Source: Auanema rhodensis (lineage: Eukaryota > Animalia > Nematoda). Taken from it: 64,000 nucleotides of DNA. Below are positions 10,901-25,900 of the stretch, piece by piece; position 1 is the first letter of the stretch, and each line of letters starts with the position of its first letter. The notes below the pieces were generated by a model. It was not told the DNA's origin, ran no database searches, and saw only the letters and a program-made list of their open reading frames with translations. The position numbers were made by a program, and so were the translations under genes. The DNA is taken from contig OZ059894.1 of the NCBI GenBank assembly GCA_964057225.1, positions 18,848,001 through 18,912,000 of the forward strand, in the 5' to 3' direction.

Positions 10901-13900
10901 CGTTTGAAAAATGATGCATTAGTGTATGTTGAGTTTCCATGTACACTCAACATTGCTTCCAAAAACATTTTGACAAAAATTTTTTCGAAAAATTTCAAAA
11001 TAATTTAGCAAAAAGTAGATGTTTTTAGATTCCTTTTTTCAAGGCAAAGACGATGGACAATGTTATTCAACGAAAAAAATAATTCTTCAGGGTGAAAATC
11101 GAGGATATAAGTGTGAACTTATATCAGTTGATATCTCGGTGCATTTTTAAGCTAGCGCAAATCTAATAACACAGATCGACGCAGCTTAAAAATCCGCATC
11201 GAATGCACTATACTACATTGAGAAACGCTTAATACAAAAATTAGTTATGATCGTTTGAAAAATGATGCATTAGTGTATGTTGAGTTTCCATGTACACTCA
11301 ACATTGCTTCCAAAAACATTTTGACAAAAATTTTTTCGAAAAATTTCAAAATAATTTAGCAAAAAGTAGATGTTTTTAGATTCCTTTTTTCAAGGCAAAG
11401 ACGATGGACAATGTTATTCAACGAAAAAAATAATTCTTCAGGGTGAAAATCGAGGATATAAGTGTGAACTTATATCAGTTGATATCTCGGTGCATTTTTA
11501 AGCTAGCGCAAATCTAATAACACAGATCGACGCAGCTTAAAAATCCGCATCGAATGCACTATACTACATTGAGAAACGCTTAATACAAAAATTAGTTATG
11601 ATCGTTTGAAAAATGATGCATTAGTGTATGTTGAGTTTCCATGTACACTCAACATTGCTTCCAAAAACATTTTGACAAAAATTTTTTCGAAAAATTTCAA
11701 AATAATTTAGCAAAAAGTAGATGTTTTTAGATTCCTTTTTTCAAGGCAAAGACGATGGACAATGTTATTCAACGAAAAAAATAATTCTTCAGGGTGAAAA
11801 TCGAGGATATAAGTGTGAACTTATATCAGTTGATATCTCGGTGCATTTTTAAGCTAGCGCAAATCTGATAACACAGATCGACGCAGCTTAAAAATCCGCA
11901 TCGAATGCACTATACTACATTGAGAAACGCTTAATACAAAAATTAGTTATGATCGTTTGAAAAATGATGCATTAGTGTATGTTGAGTTTCCATGTACACT
12001 CAACATTGCTTCCAAAAACATTTTGACAAAAATTTTTTCGAAAAATTTCAAAATAATTTAGCAAAAAGTAGATGTTTTTAGATTCCTTTTTTCAAGGCAA
12101 AGACGATGGACAATGTTATTCAACGAAAAAAATAATTCTTCAGGGTGAAAATCGAGGATATAAGTGTGAACTTATATCAGTTGATATCTCGGTGCATTTT
12201 TAAGCTAGCGCAAATCTGATAACACAGATCGACGCAGCTTAAAAATCCGCATCGAATGCACTATACTACATTGAGAAACGCTTAATACAAAAATTAGTTA
12301 TGATCGTTTGAAAAATGATGCATTAGTGTATGTTGAGTTTCCATGTACACTCAACATTGCTTCCAAAAACATTTTGACAAAAATTTTTTCGAAAAATTTC
12401 AAAATAATTTAGCAAAAAGTAGATGTTTTTAGATTCCTTTTTTCAAGGCAAAGACGATGGACAATGTTATTCAACGAAAAAAATAATTCTTCAGGGTGAA
12501 AATCGAGGATATAAGTGTGAACTTATATCAGTTGATATCTCGGTGCATTTTTAAGCTAGCGCAAATCTAATAACACAGATCGACGCAGCTTAAAAATCCG
12601 CATCGAATGCACTATACTACATTGAGAAACGCTTAATACAAAAATTAGTTATGATCGTTTGAAAAATGATGCATTAGTGTATGTTGAGTTTCCATGTACA
12701 CTCAACATTGCTTCCAAAAACATTTTGACAAAAATTTTTTCGAAAAATTTCAAAATAATTTAGCAAAAAGTAGATGTTTTTAGATTCCTTTTTTCAAGGC
12801 AAAGACGATGGACAATGTTATTCAACGAAAAAAATAATTCTTCACGGTGAAAATCGAGGATATAAGTGTGAACTTATATCAGTTGATATCTCGGTGCATT
12901 TTTAAGCTAGCGCAAATCTAATAACACAGATCGACGCAGCTTAAAAATCCGCATCGAATGCACTATACTACATTGAGAAACGCTTAATACAAAAATTAGT
13001 TATGATCGTTTGAAAAATGATGCATTAGTGTATGTTGAGTTTCCATGTACACTCAACATTGCTTCCAAAAACATTTTGACAAAAATTTTTTCGAAAAATT
13101 TCAAAATAATTTAGCAAAAAGTAGATGTTTTTAGATTCCTTTTTTCAAGGCAAAGACGATGGACAATGTTATTCAACGAAAAAATTAATTCTTCAGGGTG
13201 AACATCGAGGATATAAGTGTGAACTTATATCAGTTGATATCTCGGTGCATTTTTAAGCTAGCGCAAATCTGATAACACAGATCGACGCAGCTTAAAAATC
13301 CGTATCGAATGCACTATACTACATTGAGAAACGCTTAATACAAAAATTAGTTATGATCGTTTGAAAAATGATGCATTAGTGTATGTTGAGTTTCCATGTA
13401 CACTCAACATTGCTTCCAAAAACATTTTGACAAAAATTTTTTCGAAAAATTTCAAAATAATTTAGCAAAAAGTAGATGTTTTTAGATTCCTTTTTTCAAG
13501 GCAAAGACGATGGACAATGTTATTCAACGAAAAAAATAATTCTTCAGGGTGAAAATCGAGGATATAAGTGTGAACTTATATCAGTTGATATCTCGGTGCA
13601 TTTTTAAGCTAGCGCAAATCTGATAACACAGATCGACGCAGCTTAAAAATCCGCATCGAATGCACTATACTACATTGAGAAACGCTTAATACAAAAATTA
13701 GTTATGATCGTTTGAAAAATGATGCATTAGTGTATGTTGAGTTTCCATGTACACTCAACATTGCTTCCAAAAACATTTTGACAAAAATTTTTTCGAAAAA
13801 TTTCAAAATAATTTAGCAAAAAGTAGATGTTTTTAGATTCCTTTTTTCAAGGCAAAGACGATGGACAATGTTATTCAACGAAAAAAATAATTCTTCAGGG

Positions 13901-16900
13901 TGAAAATCGAGGATATAAGTGTGAACTTATATCAGTTGATATCTCGGTGCATTTTTAAGCTAGCGCAAATCTGATAACACAGATCGACGCAGCTTAAAAA
14001 TCCGCATCGAATGCACTATACTACATTGAGAAACGCTTAATACAAAAATTAGTTATGATCGTTTGAAAAATGATGCATTAGTGTATGTTGAGTTTCCATG
14101 TACACTCAACATTGCTTCCAAAAACATTTTGACAAAAATTTTTTCGAAAAATTTCAAAATAATTTAGCAAAAAGTAGATGTTTTTAGATTCCTTTTTTCA
14201 AGGCAAAGACGATGGACAATGTTATTCAACGAAAAAAATAATTCTTCAGGGTGAAAATCGAGGATATAAGTGTGAACTTATATCAGTTGATATCTCGGTG
14301 CATTTTTAAGCTAGCGCAAATCTGATAACACAGATCGACGCAGCTTAAAAATCCGCATCGAATGCACTATACTACATTGAGAAACGCTTAATACAAAAAT
14401 TAGTTATGATCGTTTGAAAAATGATGCATTAGTGTATGTTGAGTTTCCATGTACACTCAACATTGCTTCCAAAAACATTTTGACAAAAATTTTTTCGAAA
14501 AATTTCAAAATAATTTAGCAAAAAGTAGATGTTTTTAGATTCCTTTTTTCAAGGCAAAGACGATGGACAATGTTATTCAACGAAAAAAATAATTCTTCAG
14601 GGTGAAAATCGAGGATATAAGTGTGAACTTATATCAGTTGATATCTCGGTGCATTTTTAAGCTAGCGCAAATCTGATAACACAGATCGACGCAGCTTAAA
14701 AATCCGCATCGAATGCACTATACTACATTGAGAAACGCTTAATACAAAAATTAGTTATGATCGTTTGAAAAATGATGCATTAGTGTATGTTGAGTTTCCA
14801 TGTACACTCAACATTGCTTCCAAAAACATTTTGACAAAAATTTTTTCGAAAAATTTCAAAATAATTTAGCAAAAAGTAGATGTTTTTAGATTCCTTTTTT
14901 CAAGGCAAAGACGATGGACAATGTTATTCAACGAAAAAAATAATTCTTCAGGGTGAAAATCGAGGATATAAGTGTGAACTTATATCAGTTGATATCTCGG
15001 TGCATTTTTAAGCTAGCGCAAATCTGATAACACAGATCGACGCAGCTTAAAAATCCGCATCGAATGCACTATACTACATTGAGAAACGCTTAATACAAAA
15101 ATTAGTTATGATCGTTTGAAAAATGATGCATTAGTGTATGTTGAGTTTCCATGTACACTCAACATTGCTTCCAAAAACATTTTGACAAAAATTTTTTCGA
15201 AAAATTTCAAAATAATTTAGCAAAAAGTAGATGTTTTTAGATTCCTTTTTTCAAGGCAAAGACGATGGACAATGTTATTCAACGAAAAAAATAATTCTTC
15301 AGGGTGAAAATCGAGGATATAAGTGTGAACTTATATCAGTTGATATCTCGGTGCATTTTTAAGCTAGCGCAAATCTAATAACACAGATCGACGCAGCTTA
15401 AAAATCCGCATCGAATGCACTATACTACATTGAGAAACGCTTAATACAAAAATTAGTTATGATCGTTTGAAAAATGATGCATTAGTGTATGTTGAGTTTC
15501 CATGTACACTCAACATTGCTTCCAAAAACATTTTGACAAAAATTTTTTCGAAAAATTTCAAAATAATTTAGCAAAAAGTAGATGTTTTTAGATTCCTTTT
15601 TTCAAGGCAAAGACGATGGACAATGTTATTCAACGAAAAAAATAATTCTTCAGGGTGAAAATCGAGGATATAAGTGTGAACTTATATCAGTTGATATCTC
15701 GGTGCATTTTTAAGCTAGCGCAAATCTGATAACACAGATCGACGCAGCTTAAAAATCCGCATCGAATGCACTATACTACATTGAGAAACGCTTAATACAA
15801 AAATTAGTTATGATCGTTTGAAAAATGATGCATTAGTGTATGTTGAGTTTCCATGTACACTCAACATTGCTTCCAAAAACATTTTGACAAAAATTTTTTC
15901 GAAAAATTTCAAAATAATTTAGCAAAAAGTAGATGTTTTTAGATTCCTTTTTTCAAGGCAAAGACGATGGACAATGTTATTCAACGAAAAAAATAATTCT
16001 TCAGGGTGAAAATCGAGGATATAAGTGTGAACTTATATCAGTTGATATCTCGGTGCATTTTTAAGCTAGCGCAAATCTGATAACACAGATCGACGCAGCT
16101 TAAAAATCCGCATCGAATGCACTATACTACATTGAGAAACGCTTAATACAAAAATTAGTTATGATCGTTTGAAAAATGATGCATTAGTGTATGTTGAGTT
16201 TCCATGTACACTCAACATTGCTTCCAAAAACATTTTGACAAAAATTTTTTCGAAAAATTTCAAAATAATTTAGCAAAAAGTAGATGTTTTTAGATTCCTT
16301 TTTTCAAGGCAAAGACGATGGACAATGTTATTCAACGAAAAAAATAATTCTTCAGGGTGAAAATCGAGGATATAAGTGTGAACTTATATCAGTTGATATC
16401 TCGGTGCATTTTTAAGCTAGCGCAAATCTAATAACACAGATCGACGCAGCTTAAAAATCCGCATCGAATGCACTATACTACATTGAGAAACGCTTAATAC
16501 AAAAATTAGTTATGATCGTTTGAAAAATGATGCATTAGTGTATGTTGAGTTTCCATGTACACTCAACATTGCTTCCAAAAACATTTTGACAAAAATTTTT
16601 TCGAAAAATTTCAAAATAATTTAGCAAAAAGTAGATGTTTTTAGATTCCTTTTTTCAAGGCAAAGACGATGGACAATGTTATTCAACGAAAAAAATAATT
16701 CTTCAGGGTGAAAATCGAGGATATAAGTGTGAACTTATATCAGTTGATATCTCGGTGCATTTTTAAGCTAGCGCAAATCTAATAACACAGATCGACGCAG
16801 CTTAAAAATCCGCATCGAATGCACTATACTACATTGAGAAACGCTTAATACAAAAATTAGTTATGATCGTTTGAAAAATGATGCATTAGTGTATGTTGAG

Positions 16901-19900
16901 TTTCCATGTACACTCAACATTGCTTCCAAAAACATTTTGACAAAAATTTTTTCGAAAAATTTCAAAATAATTTAGCAAAAAGTAGATGTTTTTAGATTCC
17001 TTTTTTCAAGGCAAAGACGATGGACAATGTTATTCAACGAAAAAATTAATTCTTCAGGGTGAACATCGAGGATATAAGTGTGAACTTATATCAGTTGATA
17101 TCTCGGTGCATTTTTAAGCTAGCGCAAATCTGATAACACAGATCGACGCAGCTTAAAAATCCGTATCGAATGCACTATACTACATTGAGAAACGCTTAAT
17201 ACAAAAATTAGTTATGATCGTTTGAAAAATGATGCATTAGTGTATGTTGAGTTTCCATGTACACTCAACATTGCTTCCAAAAACATTTTGACAAAAATTT
17301 TTTCGAAAAATTTCAAAATAATTTAGCAAAAAGTAGATGTTTTTAGATTCCTTTTTTCAAGGCAAAGACGATGGACAATGTTATTCAACGAAAAAAATAA
17401 TTCTTCAGGGTGAAAATCGAGGATATAAGTGTGAACTTATATCAGTTGATATCTCGGTGCATTTTTAAGCTAGCGCAAATCTGATAACACAGATCGACGC
17501 AGCTTAAAAATCCGCATCGAATGCACTATACTACATTGAGAAACGCTTAATACAAAAATTAGTTATGATCGTTTGAAAAATGATGCATTAGTGTATGTTG
17601 AGTTTCCATGTACACTCAACATTGCTTCCAAAAACATTTTGACAAAAATTTTTTCGAAAAATTTCAAAATAATTTAGCAAAAAGTAGATGTTTTTAGATT
17701 CCTTTTTTCAAGGCAAAGACGATGGACAATGTTATTCAACGAAAAAAATAATTCTTCAGGGTGAAAATCGAGGATATAAGTGTGAACTTATATCAGTTGA
17801 TATCTCGGTGCATTTTTAAGCTAGCGCAAATCTGATAACACAGATCGACGCAGCTTAAAAATCCGCATCGAATGCACTATACTACATTGAGAAACGCTTA
17901 ATACAAAAATTAGTTATGATCGTTTGAAAAATGATGCATTAGTGTATGTTGAGTTTCCATGTACACTCAACATTGCTTCCAAAAACATTTTGACAAAAAT
18001 TTTTTCGAAAAATTTCAAAATAATTTAGCAAAAAGTAGATGCTTTTAGATTCCTTTTTTCAAGGCAAAGACGATGGACAATGTTATTCAACGAAAAAAAT
18101 AATTCTTCAGGGTGAAAATCGAGGATATAAGTGTGAACTTATATCAGTTGATATCTCGGTGCATTTTTAAGCTAGCGCAAATCTGATAACACAGATCGAC
18201 GCAGCTTAAAAATCCGCATCGAATGCACTATACTACATTGAGAAACGCTTAATACAAAAATTAGTTATGATCGTTTGAAAAATGATGCATTAGTGTATGT
18301 TGAGTTTCCATGTACACTCAACATTGCTTCCAAAAACATTTTGACAAAAATTTTTTCGAAAAATTTCAAAATAATTTAGCAAAAAGTAGATGTTTTTAGA
18401 TTCCTTTTTTCAAGGCAAAGACGATGGACAATGTTATTCAACGAAAAAAATAATTCTTCAGGGTGAAAATCGAGGATATAAGTGTGAACTTATATCAGTT
18501 GATATCTCGGTGCATTTTTAAGCTAGCGCAAATCTGATAACACAGATCGACGCAGCTTAAAAATCCGCATCGAATGCACTATACTACATTGAGAAACGCT
18601 TAATACAAAAATTAGTTATGATCGTTTGAAAAATGATGCATTAGTGTATGTTGAGTTTCCATGTACACTCAACATTGCTTCCAAAAACATTTTGACAAAA
18701 ATTTTTTCGAAAAATTTCAAAATAATTTAGCAAAAAGTAGATGTTTTTAGATTCCTTTTTTCAAGGCAAAGACGATGGACAATGTTATTCAACGAAAAAA
18801 TTAATTCTTCAGGGTGAACATCGAGGATATAAGTGTGAACTTATATCAGTTGATATCTCGGTGCATTTTTAAGCTAGCGCAAATCTGATAACACAGATCG
18901 ACGCAGCTTAAAAATCCGTATCGAATGCACTATACTACATTGAGAAACGCTTAATACAAAAATTAGTTATGATCGTTTGAAAAATGATGCATTAGTGTAT
19001 GTTGAGTTTCCATGTACACTCAACATTGCTTCCAAAAACATTTTGACAAAAATTTTTTCGAAAAATTTCAAAATAATTTAGCAAAAAGTAGATGTTTTTA
19101 GATTCCTTTTTTCAAGGCAAAGACGATGGACAATGTTATTCAACGAAAAAAATAATTCTTCAGGGTGAAAATCGAGGATATAAGTGTGAACTTATATCAG
19201 TTGATATCTCGGTGCATTTTTAAGCTAGCGCAAATCTGATAACACAGATCGACGCAGCTTAAAAATCCGTATCGAATGCACTATACTACATTGAGAAACG
19301 CTTAATACAAAAATTAGTTATGATCGTTTGAAAAATGATGCATTAGTGTATGTTGAGTTTCCATGTACACTCAACATTGCTTCCAAAAACATTTTGACAA
19401 AAATTTTTTCGAAAAATTTCAAATTAATTTAGCAAAAAGTAGATGTTTTTAGATTCCTTTTTTCAAGGCAAAGACGATGGACAATGTTATTCAACGAAAA
19501 AAATAATTCTTCAGGGTGAAAATCGAGGATATAAGTGTGAACTTATATCAGTTGATATCTCGGTGAATTTTTAAGCTAGCGCAAATCTGATAACACAGAT
19601 CGACGCAGCTTAAAAATCCGTATCGAATGCACTATACTACATTGAGAAACGCTTAATACAAAAATTAGTTATGATCGTTTGAAAAATGATGCATTAGTGT
19701 ATGTTGAGTTTCCATGTACACTCAACATTGCTTCCAAAAACATTTTGACAAAAATTTTTTCGAAAAATTTCAAAATAATTTAGCAAAAAGTAGATGTTTT
19801 TAGATTCCTTTTTTCAAGGCAAAGACGATGGACAATGTTATTCAACGAAAAAATTAATTCTTCAGGGTGAACATCGAGGATATAAGTGTGAACTTATATC

Positions 19901-22900
19901 AGTTGATATCTCGGTGCATTTTTAAGCTAGCGCAAATCTGATAACACAGATCGACGCAGCTTAAAAATCCGTATCGAATGCACTATACTACATTGAGAAA
20001 CGCTTAATACAAAAATTAGTTATGATCGTTTGAAAAATGATGCATTAGTGTATGTTGAGTTTCCATGTACACTCAACATTGCTTCCAAAAACATTTTGAC
20101 AAAAATTTTTTCGAAAAATTTCAAATTAATTTAGCAAAAAGTAGATGTTTTTAGATTCCTTTTTTCAAGGCAAAGACGATGGACAATGTTATTCAACGAA
20201 AAAAATAATTCTTCAGGGTGAAAATCGAGGATATAAGTGTGAACTTATATCAGTTGATATCTCGGTGCATTTTTAAGCTAGCGCAAATCTGATAACACAG
20301 ATCGACGCAGCTTAAAAATCCGCATCGAATGCACTATACTACATTGAGAAACGCTTAATACAAAAATTAGTTATGATCGTTTGAAAAATGATGCATTAGT
20401 GTATGTTGAGTTTCCATGTACACTCAACATTGCTTCCAAAAACATTTTGACAAAAATTTTTTCGAAAAATTTCAAAATAATTTAGCAAAAAGTAGATGTT
20501 TTTAGATTCCTTTTTTCAAGGCAAAGACGATGGACAATGTTATTCAACGAAAAAAATAATTCTTCAGGGTGAAAATCGAGGATATAAGTGTGAACTTATA
20601 TCAGTTGATATCTCGGTGCATTTTTAAGCTAGCGCAAATCTAATAACACAGATCGACGCAGCTTAAAAATCCGCATCGAATGCACTATACTACATTGAGA
20701 AACGCTTAATACAAAAATTAGTTATGATCGTTTGAAAAATGATGCATTAGTGTATGTTGAGTTTCCATGTACACTCAACATTGCTTCCAAAAACATTTTG
20801 ACAAAAATTTTTTCGAAAAATTTCAAAATAATTTAGCAAAAAGTAGATGTTTTTAGATTCCTTTTTTCAAGGCAAAGACGATGGACAATGTTATTCAACG
20901 AAAAAATTAATTCTTCAGGGTGAACATCGAGGATATAAGTGTGAACTTATATCAGTTGATATCTCGGTGCATTTTTAAGCTAGCGCAAATCTGATAACAC
21001 AGATCGACGCAGCTTAAAAATCCGTATCGAATGCACTATACTACATTGAGAAACGCTTAATACAAAAATTAGTTATGATCGTTTGAAAAATGATGCATTA
21101 GTGTATGTTGAGTTTCCATGTACACTCAACATTGCTTCCAAAAACATTTTGACAAAAATTTTTTCGAAAAATTTCAAAATAATTTAGCAAAAAGTAGATG
21201 TTTTTAGATTCCTTTTTTCAAGGCAAAGACGATGGACAATGTTATTCAACGAAAAAAATAATTCTTCAGGGTGAAAATCGAGGATATAAGTGTGAACTTA
21301 TATCAGTTGATATCTCGGTGCATTTTTAAGCTAGCGCAAATCTGATAACACAGATCGACGCAGCTTAAAAATCCGCATCGAATGCACTATACTACATTGA
21401 GAAACGCTTAATACAAAAATTAGTTATGATCGTTTGAAAAATGATGCATTAGTGTATGTTGAGTTTCCATGTACACTCAACATTGCTTCCAAAAACATTT
21501 TGACAAAAATTTTTTCGAAAAATTTCAAAATAATTTAGCAAAAAGTAGATGTTTTTAGATTCCTTTTTTCAAGGCAAAGACGATGGACAATGTTATTCAA
21601 CGAAAAAAATAATTCTTCAGGGTGAAAATCGAGGATATAAGTGTGAACTTATATCAGTTGATATCTCGGTGCATTTTTAAGCTAGCGCAAATCTGATAAC
21701 ACAGATCGACGCAGCTTAAAAATCCGCATCGAATGCACTATACTACATTGAGAAACGCTTAATACAAAAATTAGTTATGATCGTTTGAAAAATGATGCAT
21801 TAGTGTATGTTGAGTTTCCATGTACACTCAACATTGCTTCCAAAAACATTTTGACAAAAATTTTTTCGAAAAATTTCAAAATAATTTAGCAAAAAGTAGA
21901 TGTTTTTAGATTCCTTTTTTCAAGGCAAAGACGATGGACAATGTTATTCAACGAAAAAAATAATTCTTCAGGGTGAAAATCGAGGATATAAGTGTGAACT
22001 TATATCAGTTGATATCTCGGTGCATTTTTAAGCTAGCGCAAATCTGATAACACAGATCGACGCAGCTTAAAAATCCGCATCGAATGCACTATACTACATT
22101 GAGAAACGCTTAATACAAAAATTAGTTATGATCGTTTGAAAAATGATGCATTAGTGTATGTTGAGTTTCCATGTACACTCAACATTGCTTCCAAAAACAT
22201 TTTGACAAAAATTTTTTCGAAAAATTTCAAAATAATTTAGCAAAAAGTAGATGCTCTTAGATTCCTTTTTTCAAGGCAAAGACGATGGACAATGTTATTC
22301 AACGAAAAAAATAATTCTTCAGGGTGAAAATCGAGGATATAAGTGTGAACTTATATCAGTTGATATCTCGGTGCATTTTTAAGCTAGCGCAAATCTGATA
22401 ACACAGATCGACGCAGCTTAAAAATCCGCATCGAATGCACTATACTACATTGAGAAACGCTTAATACAAAAATTAGTTATGATCGTTTGAAAAATGATGC
22501 ATTAGTGTATGTTGAGTTTCCATGTACACTCAACATTGCTTCCAAAAACATTTTGACAAAAATTTTTTCGAAAAATTTCAAAATAATTTAGCAAAAAGTA
22601 GATGTTTTTAGATTCCTTTTTTCAAGGCAAAGACGATGGACAATGTTATTCAACGAAAAAAATAATTCTTCAGGGTGAAAATCGAGGATATAAGTGTGAA
22701 CTTATATCAGTTGATATCTCGGTGCATTTTTAAGCTAGCGCAAATCTGATAACACAGATCGACGCAGCTTAAAAATCCGCATCGAATGCACTATACTACA
22801 TTGAGAAACGCTTAATACAAAAATTAGTTATGATCGTTTGAAAAATGATGCATTAGTGTATGTTGAGTTTCCATGTACACTCAACATTGCTTCCAAAAAC

Positions 22901-25900
22901 ATTTTGACAAAAATTTTTTCGAAAAATTTCAAAATAATTTAGCAAAAAGTAGATGTTTTTAGATTCCTTTTTTCAAGGCAAAGACGATGGACAATGTTAT
23001 TCAACGAAAAAATTAATTCTTCAGGGTGAACATCGAGGATATAAGTGTGAACTTATATCAGTTGATATCTCGGTGCATTTTTAAGCTAGCGCAAATCTGA
23101 TAACACAGATCGACGCAGCTTAAAAATCCGTATCGAATGCACTATACTACATTGAGAAACGCTTAATACAAAAATTAGTTATGATCGTTTGAAAAATGAT
23201 GCATTAGTGTATGTTGAGTTTCCATGTACACTCAACATTGCTTCCAAAAACATTTTGACAAAAATTTTTTCGAAAAATTTCAAAATAATTTAGCAAAAAG
23301 TAGATGTTTTTAGATTCCTTTTTTCAAGGCAAAGACGATGGACAATGTTATTCAACGAAAAAAATAATTCTTCAGGGTGAAAATCGAGGATATAAGTGTG
23401 AACTTATATCAGTTGATATCTCGGTGCATTTTTAAGCTAGCGCAAATCTGATAACACAGATCGACGCAGCTTAAAAATCCGCATCGAATGCACTATACTA
23501 CATTGAGAAACGCTTAATACAAAAATTAGTTATGATCGTTTGAAAAATGATGCATTAGTGTATGTTGAGTTTCCATGTACACTCAACATTGCTTCCAAAA
23601 ACATTTTGACAAAAACTTTTTCGAAAAATTTCAAAATAATTTAGCAAAAAGTAGATGTTTTTAGATTCCTTTTTTCAAGGCAAAGACGATGGACAATGTT
23701 ATTCAACGAAAAAATTAATTCTTCAGGGTGAACATCGAGGATATAAGTGTGAACTTATATCAGTTGATATCTCGGTGCATTTTTAAGCTAGCGCAAATCT
23801 GATAACACAGATCGACGCAGCTTAAAAATCCGTATCGAATGCACTATACTACATTGAGAAACGCTTAATACAAAAATTAGTTATGATCGTTTGAAAAATG
23901 ATGCATTAGTGTATGTTGAGTTTCCATGTACACTCAACATTGCTTCCAAAAACATTTTGACAAAAATTTTTTCGAAAAATTTCAAATTAATTTAGCAAAA
24001 AGTAGATGTTTTTAGATTCCTTTTTTCAAGGCAAAGACGATGGACAATGTTATTCAACGAAAAAAATAATTCTTCAGGGTGAAAATCGAGGATATAAGTG
24101 TGAACTTATATCAGTTGATATCTCGGTGAATTTTTAAGCTAGCGCAAATCTGATAACACAGATCGACGCAGCTTAAAAATCCGTATCGAATGCACTATAC
24201 TACATTGAGAAACGCTTAATACAAAAATTAGTTATGATCGTTTGAAAAATGATGCATTAGTGTATGTTGAGTTTCCATGTACACTCAACATTGCTTCCAA
24301 AAACATTTTGACAAAAATTTTTTCGAAAAATTTCAAAATAATTTAGCAAAAAGTAGATGTTTTTAGATTCCTTTTTTCAAGGCAAAGACGATGGACAATG
24401 TTATTCAACGAAAAAATTAATTCTTCAGGGTGAACATCGAGGATATAAGTGTGAACTTATATCAGTTGATATCTCGGTGCATTTTTAAGCTAGCGCAAAT
24501 CTGATAACACAGATCGACGCAGCTTAAAAATCCGTATCGAATGCACTATACTACATTGAGAAACGCTTAATACAAAAATTAGTTATGATCGTTTGAAAAA
24601 TGATGCATTAGTGTATGTTGAGTTTCCATGTACACTCAACATTGCTTCCAAAAACATTTTGACAAAAATTTTTTCGAAAAATTTCAAATTAATTTAGCAA
24701 AAAGTAGATGTTTTTAGATTCCTTTTTTCAAGGCAAAGACGATGGACAATGTTATTCAACGAAAAAAATAATTCTTCAGGGTGAAAATCGAGGATATAAG
24801 TGTGAACTTATATCAGTTGATATCTCGGTGCATTTTTAAGCTAGCGCAAATCTGATAACACAGATCGACGCAGCTTAAAAATCCGCATCGAATGCACTAT
24901 ACTACATTGAGAAACGCTTAATACAAAAATTAGTTATGATCGTTTGAAAAATGATGCATTAGTGTATGTTGAGTTTCCATGTACACTCAACATTGCTTCC
25001 AAAAACATTTTGACAAAAATTTTTTCGAAAAATTTCAAAATAATTTAGCAAAAAGTAGATGTTTTTAGATTCCTTTTTTCAAGGCAAAGACGATGGACAA
25101 TGTTATTCAACGAAAAAATTAATTCTTCAGGGTGAAAATCGAGGATATAAGTGTGAACTTATATCAGTTGATATCTCGGTGCATTTTTAAGCTAGCGCAA
25201 ATCTGATAACACAGATCGACGCAGCTTAAAAATCCGCATCGAATGCACTATACTACATTGAGAAACGCTTAATACAAAAATTAGTTATGATCGTTTGAAA
25301 AATGATGCATTAGTGTATGTTGAGTTTCCATGTACACTCAACATTGCTTCCAAAAACATTTTGACAAAAATTTTTTCGAAAAATTTCAAAATAATTTAGC
25401 AAAAAGTAGATGTTTTTAGATTCCTTTTTTCAAGGCAAAGACGATGGACAATGTTATTCAACGAAAAAAATAATTCTTCAGGGTGAAAATCGAGGATATA
25501 AGTGTGAACTTATATCAGTTGATATCTCGGTGCATTTTTAAGCTAGCGCAAATCTGATAACACAGATCGACGCAGCTTAAAAATCCGTATCGAATGCACT
25601 ATACTACATTGAGAAACGCTTAATACAAAAATTAGTTATGATCGTTTGAAAAATGATGCATTAGTGTATGTTGAGTTTCCATGTACACTCAACATTGCTT
25701 CCAAAAACATTTTGACAAAAATTTTTTCGAAAAATTTCAAAATAATTTAGCAAAAAGTAGATGTTTTTAGATTCCTTTTTTCAAGGCAAAGACGATGGAC
25801 AATGTTATTCAACGAAAAAATTAATTCTTCAGGGTGAAAATCGAGGATATAAGTGTGAACTTATATCAGTTGATATCTCGGTGCATTTTTAAGCTAGCGC